The notes under the pieces are model-generated. The model saw only the letters and a list, made by a program, of their open reading frames with translations. It was not told where the DNA came from and did not search any database. From the NCBI RefSeq assembly GCF_030684675.1, contig NZ_JAUXXZ010000066.1, positions 18,728 through 82,727 of the forward strand: a stretch of DNA of 64,000 nt, read 5' to 3'. The position numbers and the translations under genes were made by a program. Positions within the stretch are counted from its first letter, which is position 1. Each line of letters opens with the position of its first letter. This document shows positions 1 through 10,063 of this stretch, piece by piece. This stretch comes from Daejeonella sp. (GTDB lineage Bacteria; Bacteroidota; Bacteroidia; Sphingobacteriales; Sphingobacteriaceae).

Positions 1-781
1 CGACATACTTCTTTTTACCCATTAAAATTCCAGCACTCTGAGGACCGCGCATAGCCTTGCCACCTGAAATTACAACCAAATCAAAGCCCATATCATTGAA
101 CTTCCAAAGATTTTCAACAGGTGGTACGTCTGCAGCAATATCAATCATTGTTGGAAGATTATACTTTTTACCCAATTCAAGCCATTCTGCATGCTTGATC
201 TGACCTACATGAACTTCGCGGTTCAAAAACCACAGCATAGCCGTATTCTCATTGATTGCAGCCTCAACTTCTGCCCGGGTTTCGACTTTGATCAGCTTTA
301 CTCCAGCCTGGGTAAGGGCATGATCATAACCCATCGAATGACTCTTTTGAAGAATCACTTCCGATTTCATCCCGGTTCCTGCAAGATTTGGTACCTGACT
401 TACCCGCTTGGAATCCATCCCTGTCAAAACACCTGCCATACCCAGCATCAATGCCGACCAGCAACCTGCAGATACCAATGCTGCTTCTGCATGGCACATC
501 TGCGCAATCCGTTCACCCACCTTCTCCTGCACATCATCAACAAGAGCAAATTTCTTTGATGCTCCATTAATTGCTTCCATAACTTCAGGTGGCATCAGGC
601 AACCCGACATAACTGTGTAATTGCCTGCGGCGTTTATAAAAGTTCGGATACCCAGCTCTTTGAACAGATCGCGGCCCGCTGCTGGTGCAGAAAGCATGTT
701 ATTAAGTGGTGCAGCTGTCGCTGTAATCCCACCAGCCAGCGGAAGCAGGGTGAGGGATTTTAAAATTTCTCTGCGTTTCAT
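1..781 (-). CDS. SelA/DgaE-like PLP-dependent enzyme, short form, Tat signal (partial, runs off the left edge)
   Basis: Not in the ORF track. Manual translation from ATG at 781 gives MKRREILKSLTLLPLAGG...DLFKELGIRTFINAAGNYT...DIAADVPP...SGGKAMRGPQSAG, collinear with 907..2118 and retaining the PLP-lysine motif SGGK. Confidence 0.9.
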   Translation of the reverse strand, partial: MKRREILKSLTLLPLAGGITATAAPLNNMLSAPAAGRDLFKELGIRTFINAAGNYTVMSGCLMPPEVMEAINGASKKFALVDDVQEKVGERIAQMCHAEAALVSAGCWSALMLGMAGVLTGMDSKRVSQVPNLAGTGMKSEVILQKSHSMGYDHALTQAGVKLIKVETRAEVEAAINENTAMLWFLNREVHVGQIKHAEWLELGKKYNLPTMIDIAADVPPVENLWKFNDMGFDLVVISGGKAMRGPQSAGILMGKKKYV

Positions 782-906
782 TATTGAGATTATTTACTAT
801 TAATTACTTATTATTCCTGTAACAGGAGAATCATAAAATTCAATATTTATAAAATTTAAGGCTCTCTATGCGATAAAATTTAGAAAACCAACTTCTGGGG
901 TATTGT

Positions 907-2118
907 CTAAACATGTGCTTTGAAAAGCTCCTCTCTTATTCTTGATGCTACAATTTTAACCTCATCCTTTTTCAGCATATGAGAGGTTACGTTAATGCTT
1001 CCTGCGGGACCGCCCATTACTTCAATGGATGGGTTTCCATTCCGTAGGTTGACCGCCAGATTTTCTAATCTGATTTTTGATTTATCCCATGATATATTCA
1101 GGGTAGGAATACGATTAATCAATGGCAAAGGAATCAATTCGGCCTTTACTCCCGGAACGGAGGCAGCTTCTTTTGCAATGACAGCTATTCTGTCTTCGAG
1201 CATTTTCCATTCCTTTTCCTGATCTGTATTAATAAAGTGCTCTAAAGCGATATATAAACCAAATATTTCTTCCTTATTCACCTTCATTCCACGGCCAATG
1301 TTTGATCCCCTCGGAGGGGCACTCATTCTGGCCGCAGCAATAAGTTCTTTCTTTCCGCTCAGGATTCCTGTGCTTTGAGGCCCTCTCATAAATTTACCTC
1401 CTGAAACACAAACCAAATCAAAACCCATATCATGAAACTTCCATAAATTTTCTTTTGGTGGAAGATCAGCAGCCATATCAATCATGGTTGGTATCCGGTG
1501 TTTCCTGGCAAGCTCAAGCCATTCTTTATGCTGTATTTTACCCAGCGAAGACTGATAATTTATAAAATACATCATGGCAGTCCTATCACTGATTGCCTTC
1601 TCCAACTCTTCGACTGTTTCCACAGTGATTAATTTCACACCACAATTGGTCAGCGCATGAGCATAACCATCATTATGAGCCTTCTGCAGGATCACTTCAG
1701 TTTTCATAGCTGAACCCTCAAGTCTGGGGATTTGAGAAACCTTCTTTTGGTCGGTTCCACTAAGTACTCCTGCCATTCCAAGCATCAGGGCAGAAAATGC
1801 ACCGGCAGTGACCATGGCCGACTCAGCATGTAACAGACTGGCAATCCTTTCTCCCACTTTATCCTGCACCTCTTCAAGCCTGCAAAAAGATGTTGCAGTT
1901 TCACGAATTGCATCAGCTGCATCATGCTGCATTAAAGATCCGCTGAGGCTTGTAAAATACCCCGAAGCGTTGATGAAAGTTCTTAATCCAAACTCCTTAA
2001 ACAAATCACGTTTTGATGAAGGAGCCGCCTGAGCGGATTGTACCAACGAACCGGAATTCCCTATCGCGCCTGCAAGCGGCAACATGGTTAAGGTTTTGAG
2101 AATTTCCCTGCGCTTCAT
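907..2118 (-). CDS. SelA/DgaE-like PLP-dependent enzyme (fold type I), short form, Tat signal
   Basis: INASG..T.LSGS, DMAAD and SGGKFMRGPQSTG motifs; N-terminus MKRREILK followed by a hydrophobic stretch and AQA. Confidence 0.88.
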   Translation of the reverse strand: MKRREILKTLTMLPLAGAIGNSGSLVQSAQAAPSSKRDLFKEFGLRTFINASGYFTSLSGSLMQHDAADAIRETATSFCRLEEVQDKVGERIASLLHAESAMVTAGAFSALMLGMAGVLSGTDQKKVSQIPRLEGSAMKTEVILQKAHNDGYAHALTNCGVKLITVETVEELEKAISDRTAMMYFINYQSSLGKIQHKEWLELARKHRIPTMIDMAADLPPKENLWKFHDMGFDLVCVSGGKFMRGPQSTGILSGKKELIAAARMSAPPRGSNIGRGMKVNKEEIFGLYIALEHFINTDQEKEWKMLEDRIAVIAKEAASVPGVKAELIPLPLINRIPTLNISWDKSKIRLENLAVNLRNGNPSIEVMGGPAGSINVTSHMLKKDEVKIVASRIREELFKAHV

Positions 2119-2141
2119 TGATTCAAAAGTATAGATAGCAA

Positions 2142-3395
2142 TTATTTAGTAAGATCCGGAAGCGGGTTTACAATGCCATTAAGGTCATAAACAATTTTAC
2201 CTCCGAATATGGTCATTTCACATTCAAGCTTTTCATCACTGTCCATTTTAAAGCCCTGCATGTCATAAAAACCAAATTTTCCTTTTCTCATGCCAAGAAT
2301 AGCGACATCCGCGATAGCACCTTCAGTAAGATGGCCAAGTTGTGGACGGTTGATTGCCTTGGCCGGAGCCCAGGTACTCGCATTAATCACCTCAGGAAGA
2401 TCCATTCCCAATTTCAGGAATTTAGACATTACTAAAAGCATATCTTTCATTGAACCCTTCATACTGCTGATGTGCAGATCCGTACTGATTGTATTGGGGT
2501 GGAAACCGGCTTTTGCAGCTGGAATCGCCTGGGAATATCTGAAACTTGATCCTCCATAACCCACATCAAAAATGACTCCTCTCTTCTGAGCTGCCATCAC
2601 GAAAGGCTTTAAAGCTTGTTTTGCTGTATCTACAATAGCCTCTTTTGTATCAAGTAATTCACCAAAAGTATGGGTAAAGATATCTCCGGGGCGCAAGCGC
2701 TCCATTAACAAAGAGTATAGGGAAAGACGAGGCTTGGTTCCTCCAAAATCGATCATAACAGGCATATTTGCCAATTTACCTGCAGCCACACCACGATCCA
2801 CATTCGTAAAATCGGGACTTGTAAAATGGGCGACTTTAATACCTACAACATGCTCCTTATAAGCCAAAGCTGCTTTTGCAGCGACCTGAGCATCCATATC
2901 AGTAGTATTTTGCTCAATAACACCACCCCGCATACCATTACCAACGATATTCAAGAATGCCAGTACGCGCGTTTGAGAATTGTCAATAATATTCGTTTTA
3001 AAAGTCTGGAAATCTCTCCAGCCCGACCCTCCGGCATCCACAACAGTAGTTACTCCGACGCGCTGATAAAAGCCGTCAGGCATTATACTGTTAAATCCAT
3101 TACTGTACATATGGTTAGGCTCAGTTCCTGCAAAAACATGACCGTGAATATCAATCAGCCCCGGAGTTACATACATCCCTGAAGCATTCACCACACTACT
3201 TGCCTCAGAAACATCAATGCTTAAGGCTACTTTTGCGATCTTACCATCTTTAATGGCCACATCCATAACACGGTTTATATTATTTTTTGGATCAATAACA
3301 TGCCCGCCTTTAATAATAATGTTGTAAGGTTTTGTTTGTGCGAAAAGCGCAATTGGTAACAGGATACTTACAAAGAAAATACAGAACTTCCTCAT
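2142..3395 (-). CDS. Amidohydrolase/deacetylase-family metallohydrolase (COG3964/EF_0837-like), Sec signal
   Basis: IKGGHVIDP, PGLIDIHGH, GVTTVVDAG, KVAH, RPGDIFTH and ISTDLH motifs; signal peptide ending ALFA-Q. Confidence 0.88.
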   Translation of the reverse strand: MRKFCIFFVSILLPIALFAQTKPYNIIIKGGHVIDPKNNINRVMDVAIKDGKIAKVALSIDVSEASSVVNASGMYVTPGLIDIHGHVFAGTEPNHMYSNGFNSIMPDGFYQRVGVTTVVDAGGSGWRDFQTFKTNIIDNSQTRVLAFLNIVGNGMRGGVIEQNTTDMDAQVAAKAALAYKEHVVGIKVAHFTSPDFTNVDRGVAAGKLANMPVMIDFGGTKPRLSLYSLLMERLRPGDIFTHTFGELLDTKEAIVDTAKQALKPFVMAAQKRGVIFDVGYGGSSFRYSQAIPAAKAGFHPNTISTDLHISSMKGSMKDMLLVMSKFLKLGMDLPEVINASTWAPAKAINRPQLGHLTEGAIADVAILGMRKGKFGFYDMQGFKMDSDEKLECEMTIFGGKIVYDLNGIVNPLPDLTK

Positions 3396-3480
3396 TTTAA
3401 TTGTTGATTCTAAATGTTTACGAATTTGATAATTGAAATAAATTTAATAATACCAGTTTAACAGAAAGTCTGAACTGTTA

Positions 3481-4779
3481 TCAGTCCAATCTTTTTCCGT
3501 TTTTATCCCATCCTTTGCTAAAAAAATGCGATTCTGGAGAGCTGAGGTAACGTACCCGTGACAATTCAGGTGTCTCCAATATTTTATATCCCAAGATACG
3601 GGATTCAAGTGCAAAATCCAAGATGCCACTGCTTAGCATGGTTCGCTCAACCGGGTAAGGAGCCTTACCTGTCTTGAACATGATCTCCATGTTTTTAACA
3701 AGACATCCGAAATGATAATGCGGTTTTCCGGCCTGTAATTTCATGAGTGTAGAAAATGGCTTTTGCTGACCTTCGATATCTATCGCATAAGTAAAGTCCT
3801 GAAGCAGGCCGGTAAGCAGAAATGCAGCAGCCTTCAACCCATCATTATAATCGATAATAAACACTGCAGGCTTTTTCACTAAGTCTCTCATGCTACCTGC
3901 CACCCGCGTTTCACTGTGTGAAATTGCCAGATCAAAAAGCCGTTTTACCCATTCATTCTGGTCAATGAAGTTCCAGCAATCCTGTCCTTCGAGACATTGG
4001 ACTGCACGAACACCTGTTTCACCCCCCTTCCTTCTTTCAACCACTGCCTGCAGCCCGTCGAGTAGATGAAAGCCATAGATATCAAGTCCGCTGAATGAAA
4101 TTCCAACTGCATATTTTTGCTTTGCCCCATAAGGAGTATCCACCGCAGGAATACGCCAGGAAACAGGAATAGTAGATCCAGCTAACATCGGAAATTTCAA
4201 TTCTTTGGAAATTTCAACCATACGTTTAGCCTGTCTCCAGCTCCATGAAAGGTGCTTATCGTTGAATACCGGGACCGACTTCTTATACTGACGGAATACA
4301 TCAGTAATCTTCAGAAACATTTCAAATCTTGGATACAGTTTTTGCTCCTTATCATTTGTGGGATATACTCCATGTTCGCCGATAAGTATAACTCCATCAA
4401 CAGCAAGCTGATTACCGCCCAAAGTCAGGGCATCTGCCACTGTTCTAAAGATTGGAACATTGTATTTCTTTGCTAATGGGCGACTCATATCATTATCAGG
4501 AACCTGTTCTGTAAAAATCGAAACGATCTTTGAATCAGGGTAAGGAGCCATCTGATCCTGATTAAAACCTTCAAGATATTTTCCGATAATTACATCGGCA
4601 TGTGAACCAGGACGATATTCAGTAATAATTGCTGCAAGCCGTTTTGGTCCTGATTGAAATTCCGGCTTATAATCCGGCATTTCTTCAGCCTGAACCGACT
4701 GGAAAGGCAATACAGCACCTGTTACAGCTCCGGAAACCGGTAAAACTGAGAGGTATTTAATAAGTTCTCTGCGCTTCAT
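3481..4779 (-). CDS. Uncharacterised Tat-exported protein, distant Gfo/Idh/MocA-like oxidoreductase
   Basis: MKRRELIK Tat motif; VDGVILIGEHG and PVFNDKHLS segments resemble Gfo/Idh/MocA Rossmann regions, but there is no clear GxGxxG. Confidence 0.5.
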   Translation of the reverse strand: MKRRELIKYLSVLPVSGAVTGAVLPFQSVQAEEMPDYKPEFQSGPKRLAAIITEYRPGSHADVIIGKYLEGFNQDQMAPYPDSKIVSIFTEQVPDNDMSRPLAKKYNVPIFRTVADALTLGGNQLAVDGVILIGEHGVYPTNDKEQKLYPRFEMFLKITDVFRQYKKSVPVFNDKHLSWSWRQAKRMVEISKELKFPMLAGSTIPVSWRIPAVDTPYGAKQKYAVGISFSGLDIYGFHLLDGLQAVVERRKGGETGVRAVQCLEGQDCWNFIDQNEWVKRLFDLAISHSETRVAGSMRDLVKKPAVFIIDYNDGLKAAAFLLTGLLQDFTYAIDIEGQQKPFSTLMKLQAGKPHYHFGCLVKNMEIMFKTGKAPYPVERTMLSSGILDFALESRILGYKILETPELSRVRYLSSPESHFFSKGWDKNGKRLD

Positions 4780-4826
4780 TTCTTTTAAAAAAGGAATATT
4801 TGACTGTGAATTAAATTAAAAAACAA

Positions 4827-4866
4827 AGAGGAAAAATTTATATCCTAAGATATAAATTTCCCCTCT
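4827..4866 (-). terminator. Intrinsic terminator downstream of susD1
   Basis: 18-bp stem, fully paired with two G-U pairs on the minus-strand RNA, 4-nt loop, followed by UUGUUUUUU. Confidence 0.75.
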
Positions 4867-4880
4867 CTGATCATAAAAAA

Positions 4881-6434
4881 TTACTCTTTATCCCACCAAA
4901 CACGACTTAGAAGTGTATTATCACCACTTTGTCTTGCTTTGGCTGCCAGGAAGTTCTCTCTGTTCAAAGTTTCTTCTGATTCAGGTACAATATAACGACG
5001 CGGAATTCTCCCACCTGTGATATTTCCAGGATAATTAGTTGGAATTAACACAGGATATCCTGTACGTCTCCAGTTAGAGAAGTTTTCTATCTGGTCAAGA
5101 TAACCCAATACCCAGCGCTGAGTAGAGATCTGCTCAAGCTTCTGCTCAAAGGTACCTGCAGCAAGGAACGGATTATATTTCAGATAGGTTGTTACCTTAT
5201 CGGTAGAAATTGCACCTCCCGCTCCATAAAGCGACCATTGTTTCATGGCAGAACTTACACCATTATTATAAGAAGTTGTGGCATTTCCGGCATACCAGCC
5301 TCTGATTGAGGCTTCAGTAAGCAAAAAATGAACCTCTGCAGCACCCATCACTATTACCGGAGCATCATATCTCATCACCGTATTTGGATTTGGCTCAGAA
5401 TAAGTTTCAAAATCCGCAGGATATCCGTTAAACTGCGCATTTTTCATACCTTTTTGCAGGGCAGTTGCTGTATCAGCCACATATCCTCCACCAGATTGTT
5501 TGACCCATAAAACTGAGATCACATTCAAACGCGGATCTTTCGTAGTTGTTGAATTCCCTTTCAGGTGATCAATAAAACGCTGAGAAATTTTTGAACCCTG
5601 AACGTTTAATGGGTTCTGTCCGTCAACATAATCCAACACCCGCATTTGTTCTGAGAATGGATTTCTGTTACTTAACAGTCCACCATCAGCATAAGGTGCT
5701 CTTGTAAGGTCTGCATCATCAATAATCGGACCACCGGCAATTGCCTTTTCTACCCAGGTTTTAGCAAGTGCTGCATCAATTTTTGTCAAACGCATTCCGA
5801 GTCTCAGCATCATTGAATAAGCGAACTTTTTCCATTTTACAGTATTTCCATCATAAAACAAGTCTGAATTTCCATAGGTTGCTTTAGATGCATCAAAAGC
5901 TAAAGCTGCCTCTTCAAGTTCTTTGAACATATCCTTGTAGATATCAGATTGCAGATCATATTTAGGCTGGTATTTAGCTTCCAGACCTTTCAAAGCCTCA
6001 GTATAAGGTATGTCTCCGTAAAGATCTGTTAATTGATGAACGATATAAACACGCCAGATTCTGGCAGCTGAGAGCTTATTGATGTTTGCAGGATCCTTCC
6101 TGGTTTCATTAATCACCAGTTGTATCTGATTCAAACAACCGGAATAAGCAGACCAGTTATTTCTCACATAACCTTCAGCGAAATACTTATCACCCGGTGC
6201 TGTTACCTCACTGTAGGTAGCTTCCTGCTGCAGCATTTGCATATTGTTGAAACGATTACCATTCGGGTTTAATCCGATAGCACTCAATTGAGCCTTTGTA
6301 AACAGAAAATTAGCATTTACACTTTCGTAAGCATTCGGATTCTTATTAAGCTCTGCTAAATCCTTTGTACATGATGACAAAGAAATCGCTAATATAAGAG
6401 CCGTATATATTGGTTTAAAACTTAGATTTTTCAT
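4881..6434 (-). CDS. susD: SusD/RagB-family lipoprotein
   Basis: Lipobox ISLSS-C, DLYGDIPY and W..WRRTGYP motifs, C-terminal RVWWD; adjacent to SusC. Start placed at MKNLSF (the ORF track starts at 6455). Confidence 0.93.
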   Translation of the reverse strand: MKNLSFKPIYTALILAISLSSCTKDLAELNKNPNAYESVNANFLFTKAQLSAIGLNPNGNRFNNMQMLQQEATYSEVTAPGDKYFAEGYVRNNWSAYSGCLNQIQLVINETRKDPANINKLSAARIWRVYIVHQLTDLYGDIPYTEALKGLEAKYQPKYDLQSDIYKDMFKELEEAALAFDASKATYGNSDLFYDGNTVKWKKFAYSMMLRLGMRLTKIDAALAKTWVEKAIAGGPIIDDADLTRAPYADGGLLSNRNPFSEQMRVLDYVDGQNPLNVQGSKISQRFIDHLKGNSTTTKDPRLNVISVLWVKQSGGGYVADTATALQKGMKNAQFNGYPADFETYSEPNPNTVMRYDAPVIVMGAAEVHFLLTEASIRGWYAGNATTSYNNGVSSAMKQWSLYGAGGAISTDKVTTYLKYNPFLAAGTFEQKLEQISTQRWVLGYLDQIENFSNWRRTGYPVLIPTNYPGNITGGRIPRRYIVPESEETLNRENFLAAKARQSGDNTLLSRVWWDKE

Positions 6435-6458
6435 CTTGAAAATTTTAGATAACATTAA

Positions 6459-9400
6459 TTAAAACCTTACAATTAAATTAACCCCAAACTCACGGGTTCT
6501 TGGAATTGTATTTGAGGACTGTCCCTGATTGTTACCGATAGTATAAGCAGATTCCGGATCAAAGTCAGTGATATGCTTGAAAAGAATAAATGGATTTCTG
6601 GCAACAAGTGAGATATCTGCTGACTGAATCTTCAAAGATTGCAGCTTACTAACAGGCAACCTGTAGCTAAGTACTGCGCTACGAAGTTTAATAAAATCAC
6701 CATCAAATACAGAAGTAGTGAGTGGGCTTAAACTAGCCTGGTTATTATAATAGGTATCTAACTGATCAACCGGCCATGTTTTAGTGAAAGGCAAACCTGC
6801 CTGATCAACTCCCGACACAGTTAAACCACTTTCTCTGCCCGGAAGTGTATTTTTCAATAATCCAAAGCGGTACATATAACGGCTTAGTCCTGACTGAACA
6901 ATATTTCCGAATTTAGCATCAAGAAGAACATTCAGGGAGAAGTTTTTGTACCTGAAATTATTGGTCAATCCCATCGTATATGGAGGAACGCCCTGACCAT
7001 ATTCTATCTCTGGACCTTGAACCTCATAACCACTAAGTTTGTTGTAAACACGAACACCGCTTGCATTGGTTAAATAAGTTCTTCCTCTGATAGTATTGTA
7101 GGGTCTTCCAACACCTGCTCCTCCAACGGTACTAAGTCCGGGTGCAAGTTTCAAAATCTCACTCTTGTTGTAGGCAGCATTATAGCTTACATCCCAGGTG
7201 AATTTATCTGACTTGATTGGAGTACCGGTTAATAAGATCTCTACACCTCTGTTACTTAATTCACCAACATTTAGTAATGCTGAAGTATAACCTGAAGATG
7301 CTGCAATTGAAGTACTCAGAATATCATCAGTTGTTTTACGGTTATAGTAAGTGAAGTCTAAACCTAAACGGTTATTCAGGAATTGCATATCGATACCCCC
7401 TTCATAGGTAGTTGAAGTAAGTGGTCTCAGATTCGGATTTGACAAAGCGGAAGAAGTACCCTGAACCGGACGACCTATATGACCTCCCTGCTCAAAAGTA
7501 TACAACTGATTGATCTGATAAGGATTTACAGTTGCACCTCCCACCTGTGCCCAGGAAGCCCTGATCTTTGCAAAACTAATTATTGATGGCAGCTTAATCG
7601 CATCAGAAAGAATGAAACTGGTTCCGAATGATGGATAAAAAATTGAGTTATTACCCGGATTTAGGGTTGAAAACCAATCCTGTCTTCCGGTAAAGGTAAA
7701 ATAAAGCAAACTCTTGTAACCAATATCTGCAGAACCGAATACTGAATTCTGTCCGAAACGGCTTAAACCTACAGTAGCAGATTGGATCGCAAGGTTGGAG
7801 AAACTGATAAAATCAGGAACAATGAATTCTGAACCGTAATTCGAAGTTGATTCAGCAACGTTCCGCTCAATATTTCCTCCTGCCATTGCAGTAAACTGGA
7901 AATCCTCGAAGAAGGTTTTATTGTAATTCAGCAAAGCCTGAGCAGTAGTTTTAGTTACAAATGAGGTTCCTGAATTAAACAATCCTCTAGGTCTTTTTGC
8001 AGTACCAATCGGCATATAATCCATAGACTGGAACCTGTCTATATCCCTCATTCCACTCACCTTTACAGATAAATCATCCAGAATATTGTACTGGATACTT
8101 GCCTGACCCATAAAACGGTTTTTGGCATCTGTATTCCCCATACGATTGATTACGAAATAAGGGTTCTGAGCCTCAGGAACCTGCTGCCATTGAACTTCAT
8201 TGAAATTGGCGTCATAACCAGGAGCCAGACTGCGGATATCCACTGTATTTGCCAACAGGTTTGTAGCCCATGAAGTGGTATTATCAGCATATCCATTTCC
8301 AGGGCGATTTTTTCCCTTCTCTACATTATATTGTAAGGTTGATTCAACAATAATCCTTTTACCTAGCACAGATCTCAAACTTACATTACCAGTCTGTCTG
8401 GCATAACTTGAACCTGGTTCCATTGCCTGAGCTTCGAGATCAGATAATGATACCCTGTAAGTAAGTGATGGTGAAGTACCTCCAGAAAATGCTATCGTAT
8501 TTGTTAAATTCGTGCTTGGCCTGTAGAAATTTTTCCAGTTATCTTTTACGTTAACCGGAGAATAAGGCCTCATAACTCCATCAAACTGGACATAAGGCTG
8601 TCCATCCATTTTAGCTCCAAAAGATAAACGACCGGAACTGATTGCCTGAGCTTTAGTGGTAGGCTTTACACCATCCAGACCCTGACCGTAGGTATATTGT
8701 AAATCAGGATACATTGAAGGACTACCAACTGTGAAATTGCTATTGAATTCTACTCCAATTCCTTTTTGGGCTTTTCCACTCTTGGTTGTAATCAAAATTA
8801 CACCATTCGATGCCTGGCTACCATATAATGCCGCAGCTGGCCCACCCTTCAAGACGTTAATTGTCTCAATATCATCCGGATTGATGGCAGCGATACCATC
8901 TCCACGGTCTAAGATTGTCGCTCCTTCACCTTGTGCCTGTGAACGAGCTGTATTGTTCATTGGCATACCATTAATTACATATAATGGCTGGTTGTTACCA
9001 CTTAATGAACCGTTACCTCTGATGATGACACGACTTGAACCACCAGGACCTGAAGACATACCTGTTACGTTTACACCGGCAATCTTACCGCTGAACGCGT
9101 TTGCCACGTTGTTCTCTCTTGCCTGGGTAAACTCTTCACCTTTCACCTCCGTTACTGAATAGGCCAGCGCCTTTTTCTCTCTGGAAATACCCAATGCCGT
9201 AACTACTACTTCTGTTAACGCTGTGTTGGCAGCCTCAAGTTTTACATTTAGTGTAGTTCTGTTGCCTACTGTAAGCTCCTGAGTTTGATAACCGATATAT
9301 GTAAAAACAAGTACGCTATTATTATCAGGAACATTAATTGTAAATCGTCCATCTAAATCTGTAGTTGCACCAATAGCTGTACCCTTCAGTTTTATACTTA

Positions 9401-9947
9401 CTCCCGGTAAAGTCTCGCCCTGTGCATCAGTAATCTGACCTTTAACTACAATATCTTTCTCTTCCAATAAGTCTGAAATGTTAATCAGATTGCTTTCAGG
9501 AACCATGACCGAAACAGTCCTTTTTAATACCAGTATTGTCTTATTCTTAATACTGAATTCTAAAGGCTGATCCTTAAATAATGAGATCAATACCTCAGAA
9601 AGATCCTCATTAACCGCATTTATGGTTACTGGCTTCGCTAAACTGATCAGTTCTTTCTGAAAGAAAAATCCATAACCCGTTTGTTTCTTAATTGAGGAAA
9701 AAACCTTCTCAATCGAAACATTTTCGCCGCTGTAGGTTACTTTTTGAGAGTATCCTTCTGCCCGAACATTTAAGATTATGGCTAAAAGTAAAATAAATGT
9801 CAGCTTCATGACAAGGAGAATTGGATTAAATGAAATCAACTGGCTTTTACTATACGTAAAGAATCGAATTCCGCCAGTAATTGTCGGCTTTAAGTCGAGA
9901 GTTGTAACACGACTTAGAGAGCCCTCTGTTTTAGTAAATAAATTCAT
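6459..9947 (-). CDS. susC: SusC/RagA TonB-dependent transporter with N-terminal STN signalling domain
   Basis: STN-like segment (VFSSIKKQTGYGFF), CarboxypepD-like domain, plug motif PLYVING..DIETINVLKGGPAAALYGSQASNGVILITTK, terminal F. Start uncertain (9971, 9947 or 9809). Confidence 0.93.
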   Translation of the reverse strand: MNLFTKTEGSLSRVTTLDLKPTITGGIRFFTYSKSQLISFNPILLVMKLTFILLLAIILNVRAEGYSQKVTYSGENVSIEKVFSSIKKQTGYGFFFQKELISLAKPVTINAVNEDLSEVLISLFKDQPLEFSIKNKTILVLKRTVSVMVPESNLINISDLLEEKDIVVKGQITDAQGETLPGVSIKLKGTAIGATTDLDGRFTINVPDNNSVLVFTYIGYQTQELTVGNRTTLNVKLEAANTALTEVVVTALGISREKKALAYSVTEVKGEEFTQARENNVANAFSGKIAGVNVTGMSSGPGGSSRVIIRGNGSLSGNNQPLYVINGMPMNNTARSQAQGEGATILDRGDGIAAINPDDIETINVLKGGPAAALYGSQASNGVILITTKSGKAQKGIGVEFNSNFTVGSPSMYPDLQYTYGQGLDGVKPTTKAQAISSGRLSFGAKMDGQPYVQFDGVMRPYSPVNVKDNWKNFYRPSTNLTNTIAFSGGTSPSLTYRVSLSDLEAQAMEPGSSYARQTGNVSLRSVLGKRIIVESTLQYNVEKGKNRPGNGYADNTTSWATNLLANTVDIRSLAPGYDANFNEVQWQQVPEAQNPYFVINRMGNTDAKNRFMGQASIQYNILDDLSVKVSGMRDIDRFQSMDYMPIGTAKRPRGLFNSGTSFVTKTTAQALLNYNKTFFEDFQFTAMAGGNIERNVAESTSNYGSEFIVPDFISFSNLAIQSATVGLSRFGQNSVFGSADIGYKSLLYFTFTGRQDWFSTLNPGNNSIFYPSFGTSFILSDAIKLPSIISFAKIRASWAQVGGATVNPYQINQLYTFEQGGHIGRPVQGTSSALSNPNLRPLTSTTYEGGIDMQFLNNRLGLDFTYYNRKTTDDILSTSIAASSGYTSALLNVGELSNRGVEILLTGTPIKSDKFTWDVSYNAAYNKSEILKLAPGLSTVGGAGVGRPYNTIRGRTYLTNASGVRVYNKLSGYEVQGPEIEYGQGVPPYTMGLTNNFRYKNFSLNVLLDAKFGNIVQSGLSRYMYRFGLLKNTLPGRESGLTVSGVDQAGLPFTKTWPVDQLDTYYNNQASLSPLTTSVFDGDFIKLRSAVLSYRLPVSKLQSLKIQSADISLVARNPFILFKHITDFDPESAYTIGNNQGQSSNTIPRTREFGVNLIVRF

Positions 9948-9954
9948 AAATTTG
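9947..9954 (+). promoter_or_regulatory. Candidate Bacteroidota sigmaA -7 element antisense to susC1
   Basis: TAAATTTG matches TAnnTTTG and overlaps the susC1 ATG at 9947. No clean -33 TTTG was seen. Confidence 0.5.
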
Positions 9955-9959
9955 CTTTG

Positions 9960-10043
9960 TTTGGTGGTCAATAATCTATCTCAATATTTTTTATTAGAAG
10001 ACCAGACTTTAGCCAGGAGCGCGTCAACGCTTCTGGTTTTTTT
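9960..10043 (+). ncRNA. Candidate cis-antisense sRNA in the susC1 leader
   Basis: Bounded by the + strand -7 element and a + strand hairpin with U-tract; the 5' end is estimated. Confidence 0.45.
10013..10043 (+). terminator. Intrinsic terminator on the antisense strand between fecR1 and susC1
   Basis: CCAGGAGCG-cgtcaa-CGCTTCTGG followed by T7; a G-U pair forms on + that would be a C-A mismatch on -. Confidence 0.65.
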
Positions 10044-10063
10044 CTGCCTTCTACTATTTCAGT

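Noticed and set aside
191-803. Plus-strand ORFs 191..559, 388..570, 408..620 and 621..803
   Set aside because: Antisense shadows of the partial SelA-like gene at 1..781.
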